From positions 1 to 64,000 of the IMG/VR virus record IMGVR_UViG_3300021411_000005: a DNA stretch of 64,000 bases; one strand, written 5' to 3'. Numbering within the stretch: the stretch's first letter is position 1; every line of letters starts with the position of its first letter. Made by a program: the position numbers and the translations under genes. This document shows positions 42,093 to 50,211 of this stretch, piece by piece. The notes below the pieces were generated by a model. It did no database searches. It worked only from the letters and a program-made list of their open reading frames with translations, and was not told the DNA's origin. This stretch comes from a virus. Taxonomy: Duplodnaviria; Caudoviricetes.

Positions 42093-42271
42093 CCGGCCAG
42101 TCGGAGACCGGCGTCTACTCGGTTGTCACCGATGCTGAGTTCCCTCACGGCCTGCGGTGCAGCGACTGCATGACCGTCATCGAGCCCGGCCAGCTCTACC
42201 GCAGCACACCCGACAGCATGACCGGCGACGGTACCCCCGTGGAGCGCCTGGTCTGCGACCAACACCCGTAG
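42089..42271 (+). CDS. small CxxC protein (60 aa)
   Basis: GTGA coupling; CSDC...C..H. Confidence 0.5.
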   Translation: MTGQSETGVYSVVTDAEFPHGLRCSDCMTVIEPGQLYRSTPDSMTGDGTPVERLVCDQHP

Positions 42272-42283
42272 ACAGGACTGATC

Positions 42284-43306
42284 ATGAAGCGCGTACTTCT
42301 CACCGGAGCGGCCGGGTTCGTCGGCAGCCACGTCCTCCGGCACATCCTGATGGAGACGGACTGGGAGGTCGTCTGCCCGGTGACCTTCCGGCACAAGGGC
42401 ATCCCGCCGCGGATCCACAGTGCCCTGGACTCCGTGACCGGAGCAGCCGCGCGCGTCTCCACGGTGATCCTGGACCTGACCGCCCCAGTGGACCCGATCA
42501 CCACGGCGCAGCTCGGGCGCATAGATGTGATCATGAACGTGGCCAGCAACAGCCATGTGGACCGCTCCCTGGAGCGGCCGGTCCCGTTCGTGCTCGACAA
42601 CGTGGCCATCATGCTGAACACGCTGGAGCTGGCCCGGGTGCTCCATCCGTTCATGTTCCTCCAGATGAGCACCGACGAAGTGTACGGACCGGCGCCCGCC
42701 GGTTACGACTCCGTGGAGTGGGATCCCATCGTCCCGTCCAACCCGTACTCCGCCAGCAAGGCCGCGCAGGAGGCGGTGGCCATCAGCTACTGGCGCAGCT
42801 ACGGCGTACCGCTGGTGATCACCAACACCATGAACGTCATCGGGGAGATGCAGGACCCGGAGAAGTTCGTGCCGATGATCATCCGCAAGGTGCTGGCCGG
42901 AGACCCGGTGCCGGTGCACTGCGCCCCGGACGGGACCGCGGGCAGCCGGTTCTACCTCCATGCCCGCAATCTGGCCGACGCCTGGGTGATGCTGGCCGGG
43001 AGCCAGTCCGATCCGGTGGAGCGGTACGCCGACGGGGCGACCAGGCCCGCGCGGTACAGCGTGGTCGGTGAGCTGGAGCTGGGCAACGACGAACTGGTGA
43101 CCATGATCGCCGACATCCTGGGGCGCCCGGCCTTTATCGACCGGCAGACCTTCCATGCCACCAGGCCGGGGCACGACCTGCGCTATGCCCTGGACGGAAG
43201 CAAGATCTGGGAGCGCTTCGGATGGTCCCCGCCGGTCCCGCTGCGGGATTCGCTCAAGCGCACCGTGGAGTGGACGCTGGCGCATCCGGAGTGGCTGGAG
43301 CTGTGA
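42284..43306 (+). CDS. rfbB: dTDP-glucose 4,6-dehydratase-like
   Basis: LTGAAGFVG, ASNSHVDRS, STDEVYG, NPYSASKAA, RPGHDLRYALD. Confidence 0.88.
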   Translation: MKRVLLTGAAGFVGSHVLRHILMETDWEVVCPVTFRHKGIPPRIHSALDSVTGAAARVSTVILDLTAPVDPITTAQLGRIDVIMNVASNSHVDRSLERPVPFVLDNVAIMLNTLELARVLHPFMFLQMSTDEVYGPAPAGYDSVEWDPIVPSNPYSASKAAQEAVAISYWRSYGVPLVITNTMNVIGEMQDPEKFVPMIIRKVLAGDPVPVHCAPDGTAGSRFYLHARNLADAWVMLAGSQSDPVERYADGATRPARYSVVGELELGNDELVTMIADILGRPAFIDRQTFHATRPGHDLRYALDGSKIWERFGWSPPVPLRDSLKRTVEWTLAHPEWLEL

Positions 43307-43503
43307 GACGGCGCCGGATCTGCTCCTGGTGCGCGGCCTGGCTCGACTGGCGGAGCAGGCTCCGGCTGTGCGCCTTCTCCCGGTGCGGGTACTGCCGGGA
43401 CTGCCACTCCTACGGGTGCACGGAGTGCGGGATCTACCTTCAGAACGGCGGGCCGCCGTACCGGAACCACGCCAGAGCAGCGATGTGGGAAGTGAGGCAC
43501 TGA
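43303..43503 (+). CDS. Cys-rich small protein (66 aa)
   Basis: Four CxxC-like pairs; GTGA coupling. Confidence 0.5.
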   Translation: MRRRRICSWCAAWLDWRSRLRLCAFSRCGYCRDCHSYGCTECGIYLQNGGPPYRNHARAAMWEVRH

Positions 43504-43643
43504 TGCCCAGAGCAGGGAACAGCAAGCTGAAGAAGGCGGTTCGCGCCAGGATGAAGCAGACCGGGGAGAGGTACACCACGGCACTGGTTGCGGTAAAGGC
43601 GGCCTGGGCTCAGGCGGGTGCCGACGCTGCACGGAAGCGCTGA
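43503..43643 (+). CDS. 46-aa basic protein
   Basis: KLKKAVRARMKQTGERYTTA; TGATG coupling. Confidence 0.55.
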   Translation: MPRAGNSKLKKAVRARMKQTGERYTTALVAVKAAWAQAGADAARKR

Positions 43644-43858
43644 TGAGCGAACAGCCGGTCTTCGCCCGGCAGGACGTCCCCGTGGCGGTCATGCAGGGGC
43701 GGGGGCTGATGGATGTTCTGGACGTGATCCGCTTCCTGGAGTCGGCGTCCGGAGTGCTCAGCCGGGATCCGTGCACGGCAGTGGCCGGGGAAGTGTTCCG
43801 GCTGGAGAAGGAAGCGCTGATCAAAAAGGCGAGAATGGCGGGGGACCAGCGGTTCTGA
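43643..43858 (+). CDS. hypothetical protein (71 aa)
   Basis: TGATG coupling; ORF track. Confidence 0.6.
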   Translation: MSEQPVFARQDVPVAVMQGRGLMDVLDVIRFLESASGVLSRDPCTAVAGEVFRLEKEALIKKARMAGDQRF

Positions 43859-43873
43859 CAACCGGGAGCAGCC

Positions 43874-45283
43874 ATGGCGACGGACGTACAGCGGATAGCA
43901 GCCGGAGCCGCACGGCACCTGGCCCGCGGCATGGCCTCCACCCGCTGGACGCCGCTCCCCCACCAGGTGCCCCCGCCCGGGGAGTGGTACGGCTGGCTGC
44001 TCATGGCCGGGCGCGGCGCGGGCAAGACGGACGCCTGTGCGGAGTACATGATCCAGCACGTGAAGGGCCCGCCGTGCCTCCCCGGTCCCAGTCCGCACTG
44101 GATGGGCATTATTGCCCCGACGCTCGGTGACGCGGCCACGTCGTGCTTCTCCGGTCCGTCGGGGATCCGGGCGCACGATCCGTCGGCGCAGATGGTCACC
44201 ACCAAGGGCGGTACGGTCGTCCGCTGGCCGAACGGCAGTGAAGCCAAGCTGTTCGGTGCGCACACGGAGGAGGAGACCGACCGGCTGCGCTCCGGCGGCA
44301 ACCGGTGCCTGATGTGGCTGGAGGAGCTGGCCGCCTGGCGCTACCTGGACGAAGCCTGGGCCCAGATGCGGTTCGGCCTCCGTGTAGGTCCGCACCCGCA
44401 CTGGATCGGCTCCACCACACCGAAGACCCGGCAGTTGATCCGGCGCCTGCATGAGGGCAAGGTCCGCAACACGGTGCTGACCAGGGGGTCCATGTACGAC
44501 AACCCCCACCTTTCGGAGGAAGTGCGCATAGCGCTGGAGGAGGAGTACGCCGGTACGCCGCTGGGGCGCCAGGAGCTGATGGGTCTCCTGATCGAGGAAG
44601 ACGAAAACGCGCTCTGGAGCCGGAAGGTGGTGGACGCAGGCCGGATCGACCCGCGGAACCTGCCGGACCTGGGCCGGATCTCCGTCGGCGTGGACCCGTC
44701 CGGCGGTGCCGGTGAGCAGGGGATCATCGTGGTGGGCAAGTCCAAGCTGATGCTGCCCCCGGTGGTCATGCCCCCGGACATCCTGCCGGAGGGCAGTCCG
44801 GCGCAGCCGATGAACGCCCGGCACCGGGGATTCGTGCTGGCCGACCGGACCGTCCACCTCAAGCCGGAGGGCTGGGGCCGTGCCGTGGTGAAGGCCGCGG
44901 TGGAGTGGGATGCTGACGAGATCTTCGTGGAGGTCAACTACGGCGGGGACATGTGCATCTCCACCGTGGGCTCCGTGCTGGAGTCCGAAGGGCTGCACAT
45001 CCCGATCCGGCCGGTGCGCGCCACGCGGGGCAAGGCCATCCGCGCGCAGCCGGTCAGTGCGCTGTCGTACCAGGGTGCGTGGTCGCACGCCGGGGAGTTC
45101 CCGGAGCTGGAGGACCAGATGACCACCTGGACCCCGGAGTCCGACTGGAGCCCGGACCGGCTGGACGGATCCGTGTGGAACGCTCACGGGCTGCGCCTGG
45201 TGGGCCCCACGATCCGCGGCAAGGGGCAATTCGGTGGTTCAATGGCATCAAAGCAAATCGCTGCCCCGGGAAGAGTCCGATGA
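43874..45283 (+). CDS. terminase large subunit
   Basis: LMAGRGAGKT, MWLEE, GSTTPK, VGVDPS, DRLD. Confidence 0.93.
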   Translation: MATDVQRIAAGAARHLARGMASTRWTPLPHQVPPPGEWYGWLLMAGRGAGKTDACAEYMIQHVKGPPCLPGPSPHWMGIIAPTLGDAATSCFSGPSGIRAHDPSAQMVTTKGGTVVRWPNGSEAKLFGAHTEEETDRLRSGGNRCLMWLEELAAWRYLDEAWAQMRFGLRVGPHPHWIGSTTPKTRQLIRRLHEGKVRNTVLTRGSMYDNPHLSEEVRIALEEEYAGTPLGRQELMGLLIEEDENALWSRKVVDAGRIDPRNLPDLGRISVGVDPSGGAGEQGIIVVGKSKLMLPPVVMPPDILPEGSPAQPMNARHRGFVLADRTVHLKPEGWGRAVVKAAVEWDADEIFVEVNYGGDMCISTVGSVLESEGLHIPIRPVRATRGKAIRAQPVSALSYQGAWSHAGEFPELEDQMTTWTPESDWSPDRLDGSVWNAHGLRLVGPTIRGKGQFGGSMASKQIAAPGRVR

Positions 45284-45462
45284 TCACCCTGTCACTGTCC
45301 GCGCTGCTGATCTTCATCGTTGTCTGCCTGGCCGTGGCGCGGGACCGGCTGGTGGTGCTGGTGGCCATGCTGTCGGTGACCGCCGGGGTGCTGCTGGCCA
45401 ATTCCGCCTTCGGCCACTTCGTAGGGGACGCCAGCTCCGCACTGGTGGGGATCTTCGTCTGA
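45280..45462 (+). CDS. small two-TM membrane protein (60 aa)
   Basis: Hydrophobic throughout; ATGA coupling. Confidence 0.6.
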   Translation: MITLSLSALLIFIVVCLAVARDRLVVLVAMLSVTAGVLLANSAFGHFVGDASSALVGIFV

Positions 45463-45509
45463 CCGGGTAACGTCTTCCGTGAACCGGTCAAACGAAGTGA
45501 GAGGCTGAC

Positions 45510-45875
45510 ATGAAGATCTTCGGCAGAGAGCTGGCCGTCTGGCTGGCCACGATCGCAGCGGTGTTCCAGGTGGTGACGTCCTTCGGGTTCGACCTGGACG
45601 GCCAGTGGCAGGGCATCGTCACCGCGGTGATCGTGTTCGTCTTCGGCGTGGTCACCGCCATCAGGTCCCATGACGGGATCATCGCCATGGCAACCGGCGT
45701 GGTCACCGCGCTGTTCTCGCTGTTCGCGGCCTTCAATCTGGACTGGAGCCCGGAGCGGCAGGGCTACATCATCGGCGCCATCACCCTGATTCTGGGCTTC
45801 TGGGTCCGCGACCGCGTCACCTCCCCGGTACCGGCGTCCGTCTCCCCCGCCGGAAAGCTGGTCACCCGGGCATGA
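45510..45875 (+). CDS. holin-like membrane protein
   Basis: MKIFGRE start, four TM helices, basic C-terminus (RDRVTSPV). Confidence 0.7.
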   Translation: MKIFGRELAVWLATIAAVFQVVTSFGFDLDGQWQGIVTAVIVFVFGVVTAIRSHDGIIAMATGVVTALFSLFAAFNLDWSPERQGYIIGAITLILGFWVRDRVTSPVPASVSPAGKLVTRA

Positions 45876-46160
45876 GGCTTCCGCACTGGCTGGACCGGCT
45901 GCTGGGCATCCAGCGGCCGGGCCGCCCCGCTTCCCCGGATAACATCCGAGACAGCCTGGACTACGTCCGGCGCACCTACGGTGACACCCGGCCGCCGGGC
46001 TGGTACGGGCACGGCGGGCGGTACCGGTGATCATCATCATGCCGTGGTGGCTGGACCGGGTGCTCTTCCGGCTCTTCGGTGTCCGGCGTCCTCATGTGCT
46101 CTGCCAGTTCGTCAACGGCCGGTGCCGCACCAATCACCGGCTCAAATTCTAGGAGACCGA

Positions 46161-46601
46161 GTGCCTGCCTGGACCGTACTGCTGTTCCTCGGGCTGGCCA
46201 CGTACCGGCTGACCCGGCTGGTGGTGAAGGACGATTTCCCGCCCGCGCTCTGGTTCCGCGACCGGATCGCGGGCGGCTGGCGTCCGCTCAGCCGGAAAGA
46301 GCTGGAGACAGCCGGGCTGCCCGCACCGGGCGACTGGTCGGCGGTCATTGCCGGACTGGGACAGACCGAATACCGGGACGGGGCGTACCGGCGGTACGTC
46401 ACCCGCGCATCCTGGTCCCCCGCGTGGCTGGCCGACCTGGTGAGCTGCCCCTGGTGCGCGTCGGGCTGGATCTCGCTGGCGCTCACCGCGTACACCGTGG
46501 CGGTTCCGTGGCCGGGGTCGTTCACCTGGTGGCAGGCCGCAATCGTCTGGCCCGCCGTCTGGGGCGCCGGGTCTCTGCTGGCCAGTAAGGAGTGGGCATG
46601 A
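46161..46601 (+). CDS. DUF1360-like membrane protein
   Basis: LATYRLTRLVVKD...LVSCPWCASGW. Confidence 0.75.
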   Translation: MPAWTVLLFLGLATYRLTRLVVKDDFPPALWFRDRIAGGWRPLSRKELETAGLPAPGDWSAVIAGLGQTEYRDGAYRRYVTRASWSPAWLADLVSCPWCASGWISLALTAYTVAVPWPGSFTWWQAAIVWPAVWGAGSLLASKEWA

Positions 46602-47209
46602 CCGAATGGAAGCTGTTCGACGGAGACGTCCCGTACGTCTCCACCGCGGAGTTCCACGCCGACCGGGAGCGGGCTCCGCACCTGGAGCAGGAGTGGCACC
46701 AGCCGCGCCTGTACCGGGCGGTGAACCTGGTCCGGGACTCGATCACATCCATGCAGGCAGAGGACCCGCTGCACCCGATCACGGTCTCCGACCTGGGATG
46801 CGGAGACGGCGGCCTGCTCCAGGCGCTGGCCTATCCGCTGTCCTGGGGTTACGACTTCGCCCCGGCCAACGCTGCCGGGTGGACGGAGCGCCGGGTCACC
46901 GCCGTGTCGGCCGACGTCTTCGGAGCCGACCAGGACCGGATCCGGCTGGGGGACATCGTGGTGATGACCGAAGTCCTGGAGCACGTGGCCGACCCGCACG
47001 GCGTGCTCCGCTGGCTGAAGGGCTCCGGTGTCCCGGTGATCGTCTGTTCCAGCCCGCTGAACGAGAACCAGCACAACCACAGCCCGGAGCACGCCTGGGC
47101 CTGGGACACCCAGGGCTACGCGGAGATGCTCGCTGCGGCCGGGTGGGTCATCGCCAACCACGAACAGGCCGGACTGTTCCAGGTGGTCAGAGCGGTGAAC
47201 ATCACGTGA
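46598..47209 (+). CDS. class I SAM-dependent methyltransferase
   Basis: VSDLGCGDGGLL, MTEVLEHVADP, VCSSP, EHAWAWD; resembles 18404..19057. Confidence 0.85.
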   Translation: MTEWKLFDGDVPYVSTAEFHADRERAPHLEQEWHQPRLYRAVNLVRDSITSMQAEDPLHPITVSDLGCGDGGLLQALAYPLSWGYDFAPANAAGWTERRVTAVSADVFGADQDRIRLGDIVVMTEVLEHVADPHGVLRWLKGSGVPVIVCSSPLNENQHNHSPEHAWAWDTQGYAEMLAAAGWVIANHEQAGLFQVVRAVNIT

Positions 47210-47457
47210 CGACCCCGCCCAACGGCCAGGCCCGGCAGATTCCTCCGGTCGATCCCGGCAACGAGCTGCTGAACGAAGTCCCGGCGCAGTTGACCACGGG
47301 CCTGGTTCCGACCCCCGGCGGCCAGCGCCTGGTCCTCACCATCCGTACGGCCACCACCACGCTGACCGTGTTCCTGGCGAAGGAGTACGCGGAGAACTGG
47401 CGGGACATCATCGTCAAGGACGTCAGCCGGATGAACGGCCTGATCCTTCCGCCATGA
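47206..47457 (+). CDS. hypothetical protein (83 aa)
   Basis: GTGA coupling. Confidence 0.6.
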   Translation: MTTPPNGQARQIPPVDPGNELLNEVPAQLTTGLVPTPGGQRLVLTIRTATTTLTVFLAKEYAENWRDIIVKDVSRMNGLILPP

Positions 47458-47464
47458 TTGAGAC

Positions 47465-47746
47465 ATGAACAGATTCTGGTCGGCCGCGGACAGTGCACCG
47501 GATCCGCTGGCCGGGATCCTGGTCCAGTACGGCGCCGTCGGGGCAATCGCCCTGATGGCGCTGTTTGCTGTGCGGGTGCTGTTCGCGCGGCTGACCACCG
47601 CGCTGGACCAGCAGACGCAGCGTGCCGACCGGCTGGAGGAGGAGCTGCGTAAACTCAACGAGACGATCCGGAGCGAGTACATCAAAGCGATATCCGACGC
47701 CAACCGCGCCGTTGCCGAAACGCTCGCAACCGTGCGCAGGAGCTGA
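47465..47746 (+). CDS. TM plus coiled-coil protein (lysis-cassette type)
   Basis: ILVQYGAVGAIALMALF followed by a coiled coil. Confidence 0.65.
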   Translation: MNRFWSAADSAPDPLAGILVQYGAVGAIALMALFAVRVLFARLTTALDQQTQRADRLEEELRKLNETIRSEYIKAISDANRAVAETLATVRRS

Positions 47747-47902
47747 TCACCATGGTGAGAGCCAGTCCTGTAGACCGACTGGTGGAGGAGTCGGAGAGGC
47801 TGCGCGGGGTGCTGCTCGAAACGGCCCGTGAACTTACGGCCTTCTCGGATGATCTACTGGCGGAAGCGCGCGCGCTGAACCGCGTGCCGGAAGGAGACTG
47901 CG

Positions 47903-48364
47903 ATGACGGAGCAGACAGAGACTCCGGAGGGGCCGCAGGACGACCGGATGGAACGCCTGATCACTCTGGCGGAGCGTCTGGTCCAGGAGATTGACGAATT
48001 CACCAAGGCAGGCGGGGAGCAGTTCGTCTCCCTGGCGCAGCGCGCCCGGACCAACCGGCGTCTGATCACGCTGGCCATCGGCAGCATCATCCTGGACCTG
48101 GTGATCACTGCGGTTCTGTCGGTCGGCTGGGTCCAGGTGGTGAACAACGATCACCGGATCACCGGACTGACCGAGCGGCTGGACGTGGCCCAGACCGTCC
48201 AGAGGCAGAAGGCGCTCTGCCCGCTCTATCAGCTTCTGCTGGACTCCAAGTCGGCCGCGGGCCGGAAGGCCGCGCCGGACCCGGTGGCCTACGATCACGC
48301 TTTCGTGGTGATCGAATCCGGTTACCAGGCGCTGGAGTGCAGCGACTTCATCAAGGCCCAGTAG
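47903..48364 (+). CDS. membrane protein with central TM and C...C motif (lysis-cassette type)
   Basis: TM LITLAIGSIILDLVITAVL; LCPLYQL...LEC. Confidence 0.65.
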   Translation: MTEQTETPEGPQDDRMERLITLAERLVQEIDEFTKAGGEQFVSLAQRARTNRRLITLAIGSIILDLVITAVLSVGWVQVVNNDHRITGLTERLDVAQTVQRQKALCPLYQLLLDSKSAAGRKAAPDPVAYDHAFVVIESGYQALECSDFIKAQ

Positions 48365-48429
48365 CCGCTCCGGACGGGGCGTCCCGATCATCACGCTACG
48401 CTGTCCCCAGTTGACCGCAGGAGGCAGGC

Positions 48430-50211
48430 ATGCCGTGGTGGAACACATTCGGGATCGGCCGCCGTCCGGAACCTCCGGCCGCTGACCCGGTCCCGGCCGC
48501 GCTGACCGCGGCAGCGGCGCCCGTGAAGAAGCCGCAGTCCCAGTTCCTCCAGCACACCCAGGCGTGGCAGTCCGAAGCATGGGACTTCTACGATGCGTCG
48601 GGTGAGATGAATTACGCCATCACCTGGCTGGCCAACATGATGAGCCAGGTCCGGCTCCGCGCGGCGCGGCTGTCCCCGGAACTGGATGAGCCGGAGATCC
48701 TGAACGACGGCCCGGCCGCGGAGATTGTGGCCGCGCTGGCGGGCGGTGTCGGCGGCCAGTCGCAGATCATGCGCGGCCTGTCCTCCCAGCTCTCCGTTCC
48801 CGGGGACTGCTACCTGATCGGGGAGCAGAAGGGCCAGGCGTACACCTGGTCGGTCCGCAGCACGGACGAAGTACGTGTCCAGGGCACGGATTTCCAGGTG
48901 GTCTCCGACCGTACGCCGACGATCGAATGGTCCAACCTGCCGAAGGACGCCATCCCGATCCGGGTCTGGCGTCCTCATGCCCGCTGGTACCACATCGCCG
49001 ACTCCCCGGCGCGCTCCGCGCTGCCGATCCTGCGGGAGCTGGACCTGGTCAACCGGCACATCACCGCTCAGTACCTGTCCCGGCTGGCGTCCGCCGGAAT
49101 CGTGATCTTCCCCGAAGAGGTGACCTTCCCGGTCCGGGAGGAGTTCGAGGATGCCAACGATCCGTTCATGGCGGAATGGATCGAGATAGCGGCCGAAGCC
49201 ATCCGCACACCCGGCACCGCGTCCGCCGTGATTCCGATCCCGATCCGGGTACCTGCGGAGTTCGTGGACAAGGTCAAGCACATCGACTTCACGCTGAAGA
49301 TTGATGAGAAGATCATCGAGAAGCGGGAGTCCGCGGTCAACCGGCTGGCCACCAAGCTGGACATCCCCACCGAAGTGCTGACCGGCATCGGCCGGGTGAA
49401 CCACTGGACCGCCTGGCAGCTCGATGAAGGCGCGCTGAAGAACCACATTGCCCCGCTGGCGGAGCTGATCTGCCACTGCCTCACGGTCGGCTACCTGGCG
49501 CCCCGGATGGAGGCCAGCGGGGAGAAGAACCTGGAGGAGTTTGTCGTCTGGTACGACATGTCCGAGCTGGCCATGCGGCCGGACCAGTCGCAGAACGCCA
49601 AGGACGCGTACGACCGGATGGAGCTGTCCGGCGAAGCGCTGCGCCGGGAGTCCGGGTTCGGTGAGGACGACAAGCCGAAGCCTGACGAACTGGAGACCAT
49701 CGCTCTCAAGAGCATCATCCGGAACTTCTCCGGGGACGCTGCGGCAGCCCTGGACGCTCTCCTGGGCAAAACCGTGCTCCAGGTGGCCGCTGCGGCACCG
49801 GCAGCCACCGGTACCGGCAGTGCGCCGGAGCAGCCCCCGCCAGGGACCGGTGAGGACCCGCCGTCCGTGCCGAAGACGCAGGGCGCGCCACCGGACGCGG
49901 CGGCCGCCTCGGACCGGATTCTCCAGCAGACCAAGGCGGTGCACGCCATCCGGTTCAGCATGACCAGACCGGGTGAGCTGCTCCATCCGCCGGTCTGCCG
50001 GACGCACGCCTACTCCTGCCCGTTCACCCATGCGGCCTGGAACATCGGCGTACCGGCGCTGACCACTGGAACGTACGAATGCCGTCTGGACGCGTTCGGC
50101 CAGCTCCTGATCGGCCGGAACGCCCCGGAGCTGGACACGGAGTCGTGGACGGTCACCCAGGGCTTCATTGCGACCCGGAAGGGGCAGCTCAATGGCCGTG
50201 CCAAGGTCTGA
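48430..50211 (+). CDS. portal protein
   Basis: WQSEAWDFYD..GE, LSVPGDCYL, IRVWRPH, ADSP; position after terminase. Confidence 0.88.
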   Translation: MPWWNTFGIGRRPEPPAADPVPAALTAAAAPVKKPQSQFLQHTQAWQSEAWDFYDASGEMNYAITWLANMMSQVRLRAARLSPELDEPEILNDGPAAEIVAALAGGVGGQSQIMRGLSSQLSVPGDCYLIGEQKGQAYTWSVRSTDEVRVQGTDFQVVSDRTPTIEWSNLPKDAIPIRVWRPHARWYHIADSPARSALPILRELDLVNRHITAQYLSRLASAGIVIFPEEVTFPVREEFEDANDPFMAEWIEIAAEAIRTPGTASAVIPIPIRVPAEFVDKVKHIDFTLKIDEKIIEKRESAVNRLATKLDIPTEVLTGIGRVNHWTAWQLDEGALKNHIAPLAELICHCLTVGYLAPRMEASGEKNLEEFVVWYDMSELAMRPDQSQNAKDAYDRMELSGEALRRESGFGEDDKPKPDELETIALKSIIRNFSGDAAAALDALLGKTVLQVAAAAPAATGTGSAPEQPPPGTGEDPPSVPKTQGAPPDAAAASDRILQQTKAVHAIRFSMTRPGELLHPPVCRTHAYSCPFTHAAWNIGVPALTTGTYECRLDAFGQLLIGRNAPELDTESWTVTQGFIATRKGQLNGRAKV